From: Raja brachyura | Taxonomy: Eukaryota | DNA length: 64,000 bases | NCBI GenBank assembly: GCA_963514005.1 | Contig: OY740782.1 | Span: 86,118,001 to 86,182,000 of the forward strand | Direction: 5' to 3' | Shown here: in pieces, positions 1-13,872 of the stretch | Layout of the letters: each line of letters begins with the position of its first letter | How positions within the stretch are numbered: the stretch's first letter is position 1 | Translations under genes and position numbers: made by a program | The notes under the pieces: generated by a model | Databases searched by the model: none | What the model was told of the DNA's origin: nothing | What the model saw: only the letters and a program-made list of their open reading frames with translations

Positions 1-72
1 CCCTTGTTCTGGACTCCCCCAACATCGGGAACAATCTTCCAGCATCTAGCATCTAGCTTGTCCAACCCATTC
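1..72 (-). mobile_element. CR1 LINE ORF2 3' fragment
   Basis: cccttgttctggactcccccaacatcgggaacaatcttcc closely matches the CR1 copies at 5541-5610 and 23260-23330. Confidence 0.75.
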
Positions 73-350
73 TCGCTGGATTCTCGCTGGACTGGGGGAA
101 TTGGTTTTTCTATGCCTTCCCCCCGTTTTGCCTCATCAGTCGGGTATTGCGAAAGATTCAGGCAGATGCTGCCAAGGGCATCCTTATTATACCCGACTGG
201 CCCACACAGCCTTGGTATCCGGTGGTCTTTGACATGCTCAACGAACCTTGGGTCCTTTTGAAGGGTTGCCCACAATTGGTTACTCACCCTGTCTCAGGGG
301 AGCCACATCCCTGCCACAGCTATTTAAATCTGTTGGCTTGCAGGTTCTGA
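73..350 (+). pseudogene. C-terminal Dam-like methyltransferase domain of the DIRS RT-RNaseH ORF
   Basis: Translates YAFPPFCLISRVLRKIQADAAKGILIIPDWPTQPWYP, the (F/N)PPF ... P.WP.Q.W signature of DIRS1 pol C-termini. Confidence 0.8.
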
Positions 351-388
351 ACAGGCCGTTAGTCCAATACGGCCTCTCGGCTCGGACC

Positions 389-1327
389 ATGGATACCATC
401 GAGGCGTCGTGACGAGAGTCCACAAGGCGAAGATACCGCTCGCATATTAAGAAGTGGGAAGCCTACTGCAGCCGCTCTCGCATCACGTACGATGACGTGA
501 CAATAACCGACGTCCTGGAATTCCTCGCGGGGTTGCACCATGATGAACACTTAAGTTACAGTGCCATCAACAGCATCAGAAGTGCGCTATCATTCTACCT
601 CAATTTTGGGGTAGGATCCAACAGGCTAGTGTCCAGACTCATGCGGGGTATATTCAATATGAATCCGCCTACACCACGCTATAATATCACCTGGGATGTC
701 AGGGACGTATTAACCCTGCTCAGGACGTGGTCTCCCATGGAAGGGCTCCAACTGGACCAACTCACCATGAAGCTGGTGATGTTACTAGCGCTGACTTCAG
801 CTCAGAGGGTACAGACACTACACAAACTTCGTGTCGACAGAATGACTTCTACCCCTACAGAAGTAGTCTTTTTCATTGACGAGCTACTAAAGCAGCATAG
901 ACCTGGGTGCACAGGGCTGCAGCTGAAGTTCCCGGCATACCCCGCAGATGCTAGGCTATGTTTAGCCTCACATATCCGCCACTATGTCAAGGTGACGGCA
1001 CGCATCAGAGGAATGGAGAGATACCTGCTTGTCACTCATAAGAGACCTCATCATCGAGTGACAGTCCAGACGATATCCAGGTGGCTTCGAGTCGTCTTGG
1101 GTAAGTCAGGTATCGACACTAATGTGTTCAAATCTCATTCCACCAGGGCTGCATCGACGTCAGCGGCGAGGGTCATGGGGGTGCCCATGGACCAAATTCT
1201 CGCCACAGCAGGATGGGCTAATGAAGCTGTGTTCCAGCGTTTTTATAACAAGCCTGTTGCTGCTCCTCTACAGTTCGCAGAAGCCGTGCTGAATGCAGGT
1301 CAAGAACGTGGAGATGTCCCCGCATGA
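389..1327 (+). pseudogene. DIRS tyrosine recombinase, with one in-frame TGA at 410-412; open 497-1327
   Basis: Catalytic set R (SAQRV), HSTR, AGW, RFY is present; the upstream in-frame MDTIEAS*RESTRRRY...KKWEAYC resembles the N-terminal integrase domain. Confidence 0.85.
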
Positions 1328-1503
1328 GGGGTTTTTGATTTGTTATTAATAACTCTGCTCTTGTTTTGCAGTATGAACTGTTGAGCAAGTTTGTTCCTCC
1401 CATCCATCCCTGGTAGTGGTGTGTCAGCATGGACGTGGTCCAGGGCGTGTAATCACAGAAGCTTTGAAGTCTTCACGAAGTCACTCACGTGACTCCGAAA
1501 TGA

Positions 1504-1828
1504 AATAGTAAGATTGAACGAGAACTTACCAGTTCGAAGGTTGATCTTTATTTTATGAGGAGTCGAAGTGAGGGATTTCGTGCCCTCCTCGCCCAACCCT
1601 CAATCACCTCCTCGCCCAACCCTCAATCACCTTCATCTGGTAATCTTAGTCACTTCAATCTTACTATGCGAAGTCATTTCTTTTGTTGGTTTCTGTGATT
1701 CCACGCCGCTACTTTGAAGTATGTCGAGCATGCGCGCCGGCGGGCTCTTCACGAAATCCCTCACTTCGACTCCTCATAAAATAAAGATCAACCTTCGAAC
1801 TGGTAAGTTCTCGTTCAATCTTACTATT
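1504..1828. repeat. 79-bp perfect inverted repeat (1504-1582 / 1750-1828), DIRS ICR / right terminal repeat; 23-bp tandem duplication at about 1584-1632
   Basis: aatagtaagattgaacgagaac...agggatttcgtg is the exact reverse complement of cacgaaatccct...caatcttactatt. Confidence 0.9.
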
Positions 1829-2261
1829 CTCTTCACTCAGGTTGACAGTTCATTGAATGCATTTCAATTGAACACTTATTTTACAGCTGAATGTGTCAAG
1901 GCCCAAATAGATATTTTCAACTTCTAAAAGTAAAGGGTTCATGGTTTTTGAGAGGAATATATAAAATATGACACCAAAGAGGTTCAATATGCTGTCTTTC
2001 AATAGCACAGAACTTCTGCAATTCACTTCAGACAGTCATACAACGGTCTGAGAACAAATGAGAGGAAGTGAATTTACCAAGATGAAAATGTCACATGCTA
2101 TTGCTGTGAATACATGAGCTCTGCTATTTCTGCAACTGAGAGCTCTAGGCTGTACTGGAAGGCTGCTATCATGGATTATATTTTCAGAGGCTATAGGTGA
2201 TTGGTTGTATATTGCATTTAACACATGATCACGATGTGAAGGTCTGCAGTAAGCTCAGTTA

Positions 2262-3039
2262 AGGGCCTGTCTTGCTTAGGGTATTTTTCAGCGGACTGCC
2301 GGCGACTGTCAAGTTCGCGGCACTCACCTGAAAAAATGGGAACTGGAACGGCGACTGTCGGAGTGGAACACACACGCGCACACGCACACGCACACGCACA
2401 ACCACATCGCAAAGGCGGGGGCCAGGGAAAGCAGGAAAGCGCTGTCTGAAATTCACATGGTGCAAAGCCAAGGTGATACAGACACACGCCGCGATGAACA
2501 GGAAGGTTAAGACGGCTAGCACAGTGTACAGTAAGTCCTTTAAAAGGGGGGGAGGGGAGAAGGAGTGGAGACCCTTTTAAGAAGCCAGACAACTTTTAAT
2601 AAGCCAGAGGTACACAGCTGTGAATTTAACATTACCAGTCGGTTATCCTTGGTTCTGAAAACTTGTGCTTATGTTTTTTTACCCAATGAGCCAATGAAAA
2701 TGCCCGGTCAGAAAAGGCGATTAACTAAACCTACCTACGACTACCTTGACTACCCATAACTACATGGCGACCCCACTACAACTGCACCTACGATTACAGG
2801 ATTATCGATTTTCTCCATGGCGACCAATTTTTGGCCACAGATAAATTTTCAACATGTTGAAAAACTTGCGGCGACCATACTGAGGCCGCGACTAATGCGG
2901 TCGCATTCCCAGAATGCGGGAACTCCTCACGATCATGAAGGAGACTCACCAGAGACCACCAGCGACCATGTGGTAATCATGAGGTGAGCGCAGAGTCTCC
3001 TGCACTCGCCTAAAAAGACATCAAAGTGGGACAGGCCCT
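2262..3039. mobile_element. PIF/Harbinger-type non-autonomous element (MITE)
   Basis: TIRs AGGGCCTGTC.. / ..GGGACAGGCCCT, TTA target duplication on both sides (2259-2261, 3040-3042); related copies at 41339 and 60434. Confidence 0.85.
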
Positions 3040-4807
3040 TTAGGCAGGACAAGGGGAAAAGACCTGAATCACCTGATAGAAGCAACTTCCCTGAATTGTT
3101 CAAAAAGCCATTACCACGATATCCATTCAAGTTCCCAATTTTAAAACTCAACACAACTGCAACATGACCTCCCAACTTCTATACTTCTGTAGTCCGTTCT
3201 TGGATTTGCTCTCAAAAGGATCCATGAGTTAGGATCGTGGCTTCCATGCCATCGTGGAATTAAAACTAAATTCTGAGATTAAACAACGACGAGGTTTCTC
3301 CACAAGTCCACTTGGTTGGTGAAGCAGAAGGTTCTTGTGAGTTGAGAAGAGTCCAGTTCAAATGCAGGCTTTCCTCTTTCCAGATGAAAGAGATGGTTAT
3401 CAGAGGTATATCTCTGCCATGTTTCAGTACTTTGAGTCCACCCAGAGGCTCTGTGGTTTGTCACCTCTTACCCCAGCATAGCTCACTTAACTCACTTGGC
3501 CATATGTGTTTCCACAACAGATTATAACTACAAAAGGTCTGAAATGGCTGCCGAAACTGTTCTCATCCTGCCAAATGCATAAACGGGCAGTGAAAAGACA
3601 GGACACCAAGTGAGGCTGTCATGCTTCTCCTATTGTGTTAAACCTTGCTAAAATTTATGTCGCCACAGTGCTAAAGGAATCTGTCTTTCATTTCCGCAAA
3701 CAACTTTCCCTCATGAATTAAAAGGAAGGAAACGTAATTAATTGCATTAAAGACCATTAAGAGCCACAGTCATGTAACATAGAAACAGGCCTTTTGACCC
3801 ACTGATGCTACTCTGAGCATCAACTTGATCAAGTATCCATTTACACTATTCCTACACGTCTCCCATTTTGTTTTTCTCTCAGCTCCTAACTCCATCCTCC
3901 ACTTCCACCACTCACCAGCCCTACACACTAACTTACTGTGGCCTTGTAACTAAGTAACTTTTATGTGGCAAGGAGAAGCCAATAGAAATTATCACATGCT
4001 GTCTGTCAGAAGATGCGAATGAGAAGAAATTCTGTGCCTGGAACGAAACCCACCACAGGCACTCAGCAATGCAAGCAACAAAAAAGCTTGCATGGGATGA
4101 ACAGGAAGCCAACAAAGAGGAAGCTTGGATAGACACAAAAAGCTGGAGTAACTCAGTGGAACAGGCAGCATCTCCGGAGAGAAGGAATGGGTGGCAGAAG
4201 CTTTGATGTAAAGTCAGTGGTAGAAATGGGAAATTGAGGAAAAGTAATTTACTCCAGAAAAGAGGTGAGGATGTAGGTCTGTCTAAAGGGTTGATGAAGC
4301 AGAAAATCATAAAACTTGAATGAACTCGGGAAGAGCCATTCTGCGCGTAGTCAAGTATTGGGAGGTGGGAAATAGGATTATCCTGAAAAACTGTACTTTG
4401 GTTGGCATGGACACAATGGATTGTCCTCCTGTGCTGTAAATCTGCATGATTTGATGATTCTGTAAATGTGATGGGGAACTAAGAGACAGATTCCTTCAGC
4501 CCCCTAGCTAGACAAATCTCTGCAAGATTTAGCATGAGGACAGATGCCAGTCAACTGTGGACACCCATGCCTGGCCATGCATCAAGCAAAGGACCCAATG
4601 ATCTCCTCCAGGATTAATCAACCAGCCTTCACTTGGATGAAATGACAGCAGTATACAGAGGCAGCAGAGTTTCAGCTCCTGGAATGAGATAACATGTTTC
4701 ATCTTAATTTCCTTGTCTTCTCGTGCATGACTGCTATGGTTTCTGAGTACACAGTGAACCCTCATTATAATGGACCACAGGGAGGGGGAACAGTGTCCAT
4801 CATTGAT

Positions 4808-5242
4808 AAGCATTTGATAAAGTCCCACATATGAGATTAGTGGGAAAAATTAGGGCACATGGTATTGGGGGTAGAGTGCTGACATGGATAGAGAAGTGGT
4901 TGGCAGACAGGAAACAAAGAGTAAGGATTAACGGGTCCCTTTCAGAATGGCTGGCAGTGACTAGTGGGGTACCACAAGGCTCGGTGCTGGGACTGCAGCT
5001 ATTTACAATAAGATCAATGATTTGGATGAAGGGATTCAAAGTAACATGAGCAAATTTGCAGATGACACAAAGCTGGGTGGCAGTGTGAACTGTGAGGAGG
5101 ATGCTATGAAAATGCAGGGTGACTTGGACAGGTTGGGGGAGTGGGCAGATGCATGCCAGATGAAGCTTAATGCAGATAAATGTGAGGTTATCCACTTTGG
5201 TAGCAAAAACAGGAAGGCAGATTACTACCTAAATTGCGTCAA
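4808..5242 (+). mobile_element. CR1 LINE RT fragment (host copy, left part)
   Basis: AFDKVPH, GVPQGSVLG and SKFADDTKL motifs, with frameshifts. Confidence 0.9.
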
Positions 5243-6048
5243 CATAGAAACATAGAAATTAGGTGCAGGAGTAGGCCATTCGGCCCTTCGAGCCTGCACC
5301 GCCATTCAATATGATCATGGCTGATCATCCAACTCAGTATCCCATACCTGCCTTCTCTCCATACCCTCTGATCCCCTTAGCCACAAGGGCCACATCTAAC
5401 TCCCTCTTAAATATAGCCAATGAACTGGCCTCAACTACCCTCTGTGGCAGAGAGTTCCAGAGACCCACCACTCTCTGTGTGAAAAAAGTCCTTCTCATCT
5501 CAGTCCTAAAGGATTTCCCCCTTATCCTTAAGCTGTGACCCCCTTGTCCTGGACCTCCCCAACATCGGGAACAATCTTCCTGCATCTAGCCTGTCCAACC
5601 CCTTAAGAATTTTGTAAGTTTCTATAAGATCGCCTCTCAATCTCCTAAATTCTAGAGAGTATAAACCGAGTCTATGCAGTCTTTGTTCACAAGACAGTCC
5701 TGACATCCCAGGAATCAGTCTGGTGAACCTTCTCTGCTCTCCCTCTATGGCAATAATGTCCTTCCTCAGATTTGGAGACCAAAACTGTACGCAATACTCC
5801 AGGTGTGGTCTCACCAAGACCCTATACAACTGAAGTAGAACCTCCCTGCTCCTATACTCAAATCCTTTTGCTATGAAAGCTAACATACCATTCGCTTTCT
5901 TCACTGCCTGCTGTACCTGCATGCCTACTTTCAATGACTGGTGTACCATGACACCCAGGTCGCGCTGCATCTCCCCTTTTCCTAATCGGCCTCCATTTAG
6001 ATAATAGTCTGCTTTCCTATTTTTGCCACCAAAGTGGATAACCTCACA
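5243..6048 (-). mobile_element. CR1 LINE 3' fragment inserted antisense into another CR1
   Basis: VRPHLEYCVQFWSP..LYSLEFRRLRGDLIETYK and FFTQRVVGLWNSLP; (TTTCTATG)n-type tail at 5243-5258. Confidence 0.92.
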
Positions 6049-6778
6049 AGTTGGGAAAAGGGGATCTGGGGGTCCTTGCACATCAGTCTATGAAAGTAAG
6101 CATGCAGGTACAGCAGGCAGTGAAGAAAGTGAATGGCATGTTGGCCTTTATAACAAGAGGAATCGAATATAGGAGCAAAGAGGTCCTTCTGCAGTTGTAC
6201 AGAGTCCTAGTGAGACTACACCTGGAGTATTGTGTGCACTTTTGGTCCCCTAATTTGAGGAAGGACATTGTTGCTAATGAGGGAGTGCAGCGTAGGTTTA
6301 CAAGGTTAATTCCCGGGATGGCGGGACTGTCATGTGCTGAGAGAATGGAGCAGCTGGGCTTGTACACTCTGGAGTTTAGAAGGATGAGAGGGGATCTCAT
6401 TGAAACATATAAGATTGTTAAGGGCTTGAACACACTGGAGGCAGGAAACATGTTCCCGATGTTGGGGGAGTGCAGAACTAGGGGCCACAGTTCAAGAATA
6501 AGGACTAAGCCATTTAGAACGGAGACGAGGATACACTTTTTCTCACAGAGAGTGGTGAGTCTGTGGAATTCTCTGCATCAGAGGGCGGTGGAGGCAGGTT
6601 CTGTGGATGCTTTCAAGAGAGAGCTAGGTAGGTCTCTTAAAAATAGCGGAGTCAAGGGATATGGGGAGAAGGCAGGAACGGGGTACTGATTGGGAATGAT
6701 CAGCCAGCACCACATTGAATGGTGGTGCTGGCTCGAAGGGCCAAATGGCCTACTCCTGCACCTATTGTCTATTGTCAT
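6049..6778 (+). mobile_element. CR1 LINE 3' end (host copy, right part)
   Basis: ORF 6051-6689 is a CR1 ORF2 C-terminus continuing 4808-5242; 3' UTR ends ctattgtctattgtc. Confidence 0.92.
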
Positions 6779-7784
6779 TGCTAATTGTCCGCTATAACCG
6801 AACAAGGGATTACTGAGGAATAGAGTATCATTGCACAAGTAGTGAAAACAAGGAACTGCAGATGCTGATTAATACATAATAGGGCACAAAGTGCTGGAGT
6901 AACCAAGTCAGAGTGAAAGGACATTGACCTTAATTGTTAACTCTGTTTCTCCTTTAAAAAAACACTAACCTGCCTAACCTGTTGAGTGTACAAAGTTATT
7001 TTTACCATCTAAGAATGTATTTTTGTTACTGCAAGCTAAAAATACTAAATGCTGTTTTTGTTACATTGTTTAATGTAGTTAAGTATTGCTCAAAGCAATT
7101 GCTTGTCAATTTTGATGGCTTCTGCAGAGTAACTAGCAGCCTGTGTTCTTAAAGAGAATGTGGTCTCTGAATATTGTGGGGCATCTGTCCGCTATAAGCA
7201 AAATCTGTTATAGAAAAGTCAATAATAATGAGGGTTTACTGTATAGTGACTGGATTTTTCTGGAGAGAAAAAATCAGTGGTGTTCCTCTGTTAAATTTAG
7301 AGAACTAAATGAAAGAGTACGGTAAAACCGGATCGATGCCACCTACCGGGACTAGTTATTCACACAATTCTAGAATTTATAGAGACTTTAATATGTTGAA
7401 ACACATAGTTGGTTAGAATTATTAAATCTGCTTTTACATTGAGAAATCATTGGGGATATAAAGATGAGACCAAAACCTTATGGAAAGTTTTAAGAATCAT
7501 CTTAAATAAGGAGAGAAAGCTGTTTATTAAGGGAATTCTAGGAGCTGATACAGTAAGGGAATTCTAGAGCGGTAGGTAGGTAGCTCTTGGCATGTCCTCC
7601 TATGGGTGAAGCAAAAATGATACAGGAATGACTAAGACGTCAAAGCTGGGAGAGAGCAAATATCAGAAGGCCCTAGGAATGGAATAAAAACAGAAAATGT
7701 TGGAAAAACCCAATGATTCAGCCAATGTAGTAAGAAATAAAGTTAATGTTTCAGAACAGAACTGAGGAAAGAAATGAATTAATA

Positions 7785-9155
7785 GAGTCATAGAGTGATA
7801 CAGCGTGGAAACAGGTCCTCCAGCCCAACTTGCCCACACTGGCCAACATGTCCCAGCTACACTAGTCCCACCTGCCCACGTTTGGACCATATCCCTCCAA
7901 ACCTGTCCTATCCATGTACCTGTCTAACTGTTTCTTAAATGTTGGGATAGTCCAAGTCTCAACTACCTCTTCTGGCAGCTTGTTCCATATACCCACCACC
8001 CTTTGTGTGAAAAACGTACCCCTCAGATTCCTAATAAATATTTTTCCCTTCACCTTCAACCTATGTCCTCTGGTCCTCAATTCACCTAATCTGGGCAAGA
8101 GACTCTGTGCATCTATCCATACACCTCTATAAGATCACCCCTCATCCTCCTGCACTCCAAAGAATAGTACCAGCCTACTCAACCTTTCCCTCTAGCTCAG
8201 ACCCTCTAGTCCTGGCAACATCCTCTTACAGTAAATCTTCTCTGTACCATTTCCAGCTTGACAAAATCTTTCCATGATTTGGCCTCACCAATGTCTTATA
8301 CAACTGCAACATGACATCCCAACTTCTATACTTAATAATCTGACTAATGAAAGCCAATGTGCCAAAGCCTTTTTGACCACCCTATCTACCTGTGTCTCCA
8401 CCTTCAAGGAACCATGCACCTGCACACCTAGATCTCTCTGCTCTACAACACTCCCAGGGCCCTACCATTCACTGTGTAGGTCCTGCCTATGTTAGACCCA
8501 AAATGCAACACCTCACATTTCTCTGTATTAAAATCCATCAACCATTCCTCCGCCCACCTGGCCAATCGATCAAGATTCTGCTGCAATTTTTCACAACCAT
8601 CTTCACTGTCTGTAAAACCACTCACTTTTGTATCATCAGCAAACTTGCTAATCTTGCCATGTATGTTCTCATCTTAATCATTCATATAGATGACAAACAG
8701 TAACCAGCCCAGCACCAAACCCTGAGGCACACAACTAGTCACAGACCTCCAGTCTGAGAAACAACCTTCCACCATCACCCTCTGCTTCCTTCCATCAAGC
8801 CAATTTTCTATCCTTTCAGCTATCTCCCCTTGGGTCCCATGCAATCTAACCTTCCAGAGCCTACCATGCGGTACCTTGTTGAATGCTTTACTGAAATGCA
8901 ACATCTACAGCTCTGCTCTCATCGACCTTTTAGGTCACGTATTTTAAAAACTCAGTCAGATTTATGAGACACAACCTCCTGTACAAATCCATGCTGACTA
9001 TCCCTAATCAGCCCTTGTCCATCTAAATTCCCGTATATCCTATCCTTCAGAATACTCTCTAGTAACTTTCCGCCTACAGATGTTAAGCTCACTGGCCTAT
9101 AGTTCCCAGCATTTTCCTTGCAGCCCTTCCTGAATAGAGGCAGAACATTTGCCAT
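7785..9155 (-). mobile_element. Degenerate CR1 LINE (RT to 3' end)
   Basis: NYRPVSLTSV, SQHGF, KAFNKVPH, VPQGLVLG and FFTQRVVGIWNKLP across several frames. Confidence 0.9.
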
Positions 9156-11314
9156 CTATTAGGGAGAGGATAAGATCTGATAACACTTCCGTGGTGTAAT
9201 GGATTGCCAATATTTTATACTGTTTTATTTCAGATATCTAACATCTGCATTTAATTTTCATCCTAGGCCTGGAATAATATACAGAAATCAGAGACGCAAA
9301 ACAATGGTTGGGTTTGAAAAGAGAGATAATAATTTTAACCATGCATCTTGGCAAACCAAGGACCAGTGTGGTTTGCAAGTATTAGGAAGATGCATAACTG
9401 GAACAGTTAATTATGAATGGGTAAGATTTTATATGTGTAACTTTAAGTAGGATGGAGTTTGTGGTGGTTTATTGGGAGCAACTAAAAGGCAAGAGAGGAA
9501 CATTGGAACAATCATCTGAAATAGCAAAGGATTAGATGATTGGTTCTGCAGCATGTGTGGGCCATTAATTCAGGGCTGAAAACATAAATGGAAGCAGGAG
9601 ACTGAAATAAATAAGCATGGTTTAGGGAGGGAATTTCAGAGCTTTGCCAATAATGTTTGTAGGCTCTAATTATCAGAGATTTAAAAATGAAATACACCTG
9701 TGTGCAGATAATGAAAATTGCTTTGAAAGTCTTCCTTCCCGAGGAAAACAGAAATAGAGCTGTACACACGTCTTCTAGTTGATCAGATGATACTTCCTGC
9801 TAAAGAAACTCTGCTGGTGGCAGACAGGCTATATTGTGATTTATGCCAATGTATCAATCTTCATTACACCATCAGTCTTTCAATTGTTCTTTAGCAGACG
9901 GCTGTTCAGAGTGAGCCCAATATTCATGGGAAAGAAGTAAAGAACAAGAGAGGCTGGTTTCATGCTTGAGAAGCCATACATAGGAGAAACGTGGAGGTCC
10001 ACCAAATTGCAAAGCCGCATGAATTATTATTTCATTTCTAACTTGCTGACAGCTAGATCGGCAGGCTGATCAAATGCCAAATGCCAGGTGGAGGGTGCCT
10101 GCCAAGGGAATATTTCTGAGCATGATTGACGGAGAGTGTGGTGTGGTTGGCAAGGGCAGGTTTCTGTACATGCCAGCAAGAGCGGAGCAAGGGAGAAAAA
10201 GGGTTGTGGTTTGGTGGTGGTGGGTAGCCTGATCAGACGAGAGAGTATTGTTAGGAGGTTTGCTTGAGGAGCCACACCTGATCCTGCTCCCCTCCCCCAA
10301 AACCACTCCATATAATGCAGTTACCTACATGCTGAGCTGCTCCCATTCCCATGTGGCTGCTAGTTTCCAGAGGCCTGGAAACAAGTGTCAAATGACCATT
10401 AATGCACACAACGTCTTCAGGCGGATACTGCGCATTGACTGAAAGCATTCCTGACAAAGTCTAATCGCAGGGAACAAAACCCGTGAAGAGTAACCACACC
10501 AAGTGACTCAAACAGGAAAGTGGCACATAAACAGACTGAGGCACATAAACACAAACAGTTCTAAGGAAATCTAATGTCCGAGTGTCTCTTAAGTGTTATG
10601 TAAATCCCTTGCTCCATCATTTACACCCTCTTAAATATATATGGACTTTACAATTATGGTCAGGCAGCCCCCTTGTATCAGTTTAGATAGGTCCTGAATA
10701 TTTTGTCGTGGATTTAGCCTATAATGTTACGAGGGAAGCTAAAGATAAAATTAGGTTTTTAAAAAGTTGAATAAATGTTGCCAGGAAGAGAGGATTGAGG
10801 GTTTGGAAATTTCAGAATTCAGCAAATGTCATTAATGAAGAATAGGAAAATAGAATATAGAAACAGACTGTAAACAGTTCTGCAAATACAGTAAATAGGA
10901 ACGATTAATTAAGATTAAATTGGATCCCTTAAACAGTGAGAGAGCACAACAATGTCTCAACATTCCAGGCCGGGATCTGTAGCCTGCCCCTTCTGCTGAA
11001 ATTGTGGAGAAAAGGCAAGAAAGTGGACAATGGAGAAATGTATAAGAACAGATAAAAACAAGAGCAAGAGTATATCACTCGGACAATCCAGCCTCCCACG
11101 CCAATAAATATTTTCGTCAGGCTTCATTCAGCTCTTCAGAGCAAGTTCCCCATAGGCCTCTATTCCCTCATTCAAAACAGCATAAATGTTGCCAAAGAGC
11201 AGTCTGAATGTCCTGCAACTGGGCCAACTGAAGTGGGAGCAAGCCTTGGCCTGTACTGATCACAGCAGGCCCAGTCCCTGGTGTTCTGGGCTATGGAGAG
11301 GGCTGTCCATGTAA

Positions 11315-12539
11315 TCTATATAATTAAAAGTATCAACTTGACCACTTCCTGTCTGCGCTGTGTATTGATTTTAGAAAAAACGCTAGCATATATCGCTATG
11401 ATTTTTAACCATCTTACTCACAGTCTTCCTCTGCTGAGCAGGCCCCGATGAATTTTCTCATTGTTGAAAAACAAAAAAGTTATGAGTGTTTAAAAAACCT
11501 TGAGAGCTTCTCGCCTGTTAATTACCGCGATGAATTGACAGGCGGGGGGGGATGCCTGGACATGACTCATTCACTCTGCAAGATTGCAAAGGGAGAGGCC
11601 ACAACTCTCATTCTAAGCTGTGAATCAACTGAACTGTGAGTCTGCAATATACTTGCAATAAATGATTTGTTAGCCCTAATGGAAATGAAACGAGCTGTTT
11701 GGCCTGCCCTGTGCTTGAAACTGCAATAGCAATGGAAATGAAATGAAAATGCAATAAGCTGTATGGCCTGCCCTGTGCTTGATATTGAAATGGAAATGAA
11801 ATTAAATGAGTTTTTTGGCCTGCCTGAAACACTAATTTCAGCCCACAATGCCCCTATTAGCTGAGAAACGTCCCTTTTGTACAAAATGCCCGTATTAGCC
11901 CAGTAGAAACATTTTGGCCCAAAAGGCCCATGCCAGGCCAGGTAAAGGCCAGTAAAACTGCCTTTCACTGAGATTTCACTCATTTTTTTTTAAAGAGCCT
12001 CTTCAGCCCATGAGGCCTGTACTAGCCCAGGAGGAGTCCCTTTGGCCCATCAGTAAGTATTCCCCCTGCAAGTATTAAACCTCACCCCAGTATTATTCTC
12101 CCTTCCTTCAATGGCTCCCTGTGAGGTCCAGGCCAAAATAGACTTTCCTCCTTTATTGATGTGATCTGCAGAAAAAAAAAGAAAAAATCTAAAATTGTTT
12201 CTCCACCCTCTCCCTTGTCTCTCTCAAAGAGTCTCTCACCTGTTTTGGGCAGAATTTCTGGCAGTTTCTGAGCTGCCAGTCCACCAGGCCTGACTGACTG
12301 TGCTGCCAGCCCATCAGGCCTGAGTGACTGAGCTGTCAAGAATCAATTTGGCCCACAAAGTCCATACTAGCCCTCTGGAAGCCAGTCCCTTTGGCCCACA
12401 ACACCCATACTAGCCCCCCATAAAGCCCCCCCTCCCAACTGGCCACCAATATTGGAATTGCTGGGGAGGTGGAATATTGTGTTGGGGGACGAGCCCTCCC
12501 GTGTGAACATGGGACCCAACGGGTTCCACTTAAGTCCAG
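11315..12539 (+). mobile_element. Non-autonomous Helitron-like element
   Basis: Starts a|TCTATATAATTAAAA; ends with a subterminal hairpin GGGACCCAACGGGTTCC then CCAG|t (CTAG variant); no TSD; shares both ends with 24877-26194. Confidence 0.65.
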
Positions 12540-13872
12540 TAATTATATATAAACCTCACAAAGTGAAAGATCACAAACTCAAAAATAATACCTGTGTCGG
12601 AACCAGTTGGCAGGAAATCTGCTGGGAATGTAATAATCAATTAAAGCATATTGGATTTTTCAAATCCCAGCCTATTGATAATCAGAGTTAAAAATACAAA
12701 TGTGCTTATTGTCTGTAATGTGGACCTTCATATTAAATCTATTTAAGCCTATCATTCCTTTGTGCTTGTGTTTGTATCATTAAAGCTTAAGATATCATAT
12801 CACCTATAATGAGACGTGATTTACCGTACACAGATAATTGTGCCTGGCATGAACGTCTACCAACCATACTTCATTCTCACTGGATCAACGTAACTCTCTG
12901 TCTTGTTATTATTCATGCATTTATCTAACTTAATTTCACTAATTAGATACAAGAAACTGCACATGTTAGAATTTTGAGCCAAACCACAAAGTGCTGGAGA
13001 AACTCAATGGGTCAGGCTGCATCTGTGGAGGAAGTGAGTAGGCGATGTTTTGGGTAGGGTCTCTTCTACAAACTGGCTCTAAGAATGTGTCTGATTTACA
13101 AAAATGTAAACACCAATGTCACCAAAGTAGGGGCAATTTGAGTGTCCTGCAACTGGCCCAACTCATTGTCCTAAGTTTTGCTGCATCAGAATGCATTCTG
13201 ATCACTCCTAATTTCTCCTAAATTCACAATTTGACGTTTAATGACAAATATTTTCAGCTCAATAGAAGGAAGGACCTGCAAAGGTTGATACTCTGTACTG
13301 CCACTGGTAGTATGACCAGCCAGAACCTTATTTCAGTGGCACATGGAAGTATGAGTGGGAGAATACTTTTGCATAGTGATCATAATTCAGTTAGGTTTAG
13401 CATGGCCATGGAAAAGGACAGAGATGCAATGGAATATGTGCTCAAGTGAATCTTATTGAACTAAGATCTGGAGGGGGAGGGTGATGGATGGGAGCAAATA
13501 ATGGAAGCAAACACTTTGATGGTCATCTTGAAGGAATGGATGGTATTTAAGAAGGAGATTCAATTTTTTCACGGTAAACAGTCTCTCAAAAATTAAAAAA
13601 AAGTTGGGACAACCAAATCCAGAGCTCAATTCCAAAATGAATCGAGGAAGGATCCGGTGAAAAGGGGAAATTGATGACTGACATCTGGAGCTTACCAGAG
13701 CATACTACCTGAAAGAGCATGAAAAGCACAAGAGTTAAATTAAGAGGGAAATAGGGAAAGCAAATAAAGAATATAAACAAATAGGAAGTAAAATTAAAGA
13801 AGATACAAAAATGTTTTGTAAATATATAAAGAGATGCATGAAGCAGGAAACAAAAAGCTTATTAGGATCTAA

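Larger units (their letters stand above)
73..1830 (+). mobile_element. DIRS1-like tyrosine-recombinase retrotransposon, 3' portion (5' end truncated)
   Basis: Methyltransferase-like end of the RT/RNaseH ORF, followed by a tyrosine recombinase ORF and a terminal region with a perfect 79-bp inverted repeat typical of DIRS ICR/ITR structure. Confidence 0.88.

Noticed and set aside
497-1327. Phage integrase / bacterial contamination
   Set aside because: Context (MT-domain pol end, ICR inverted repeat, flanking vertebrate LINEs) identifies a DIRS retrotransposon
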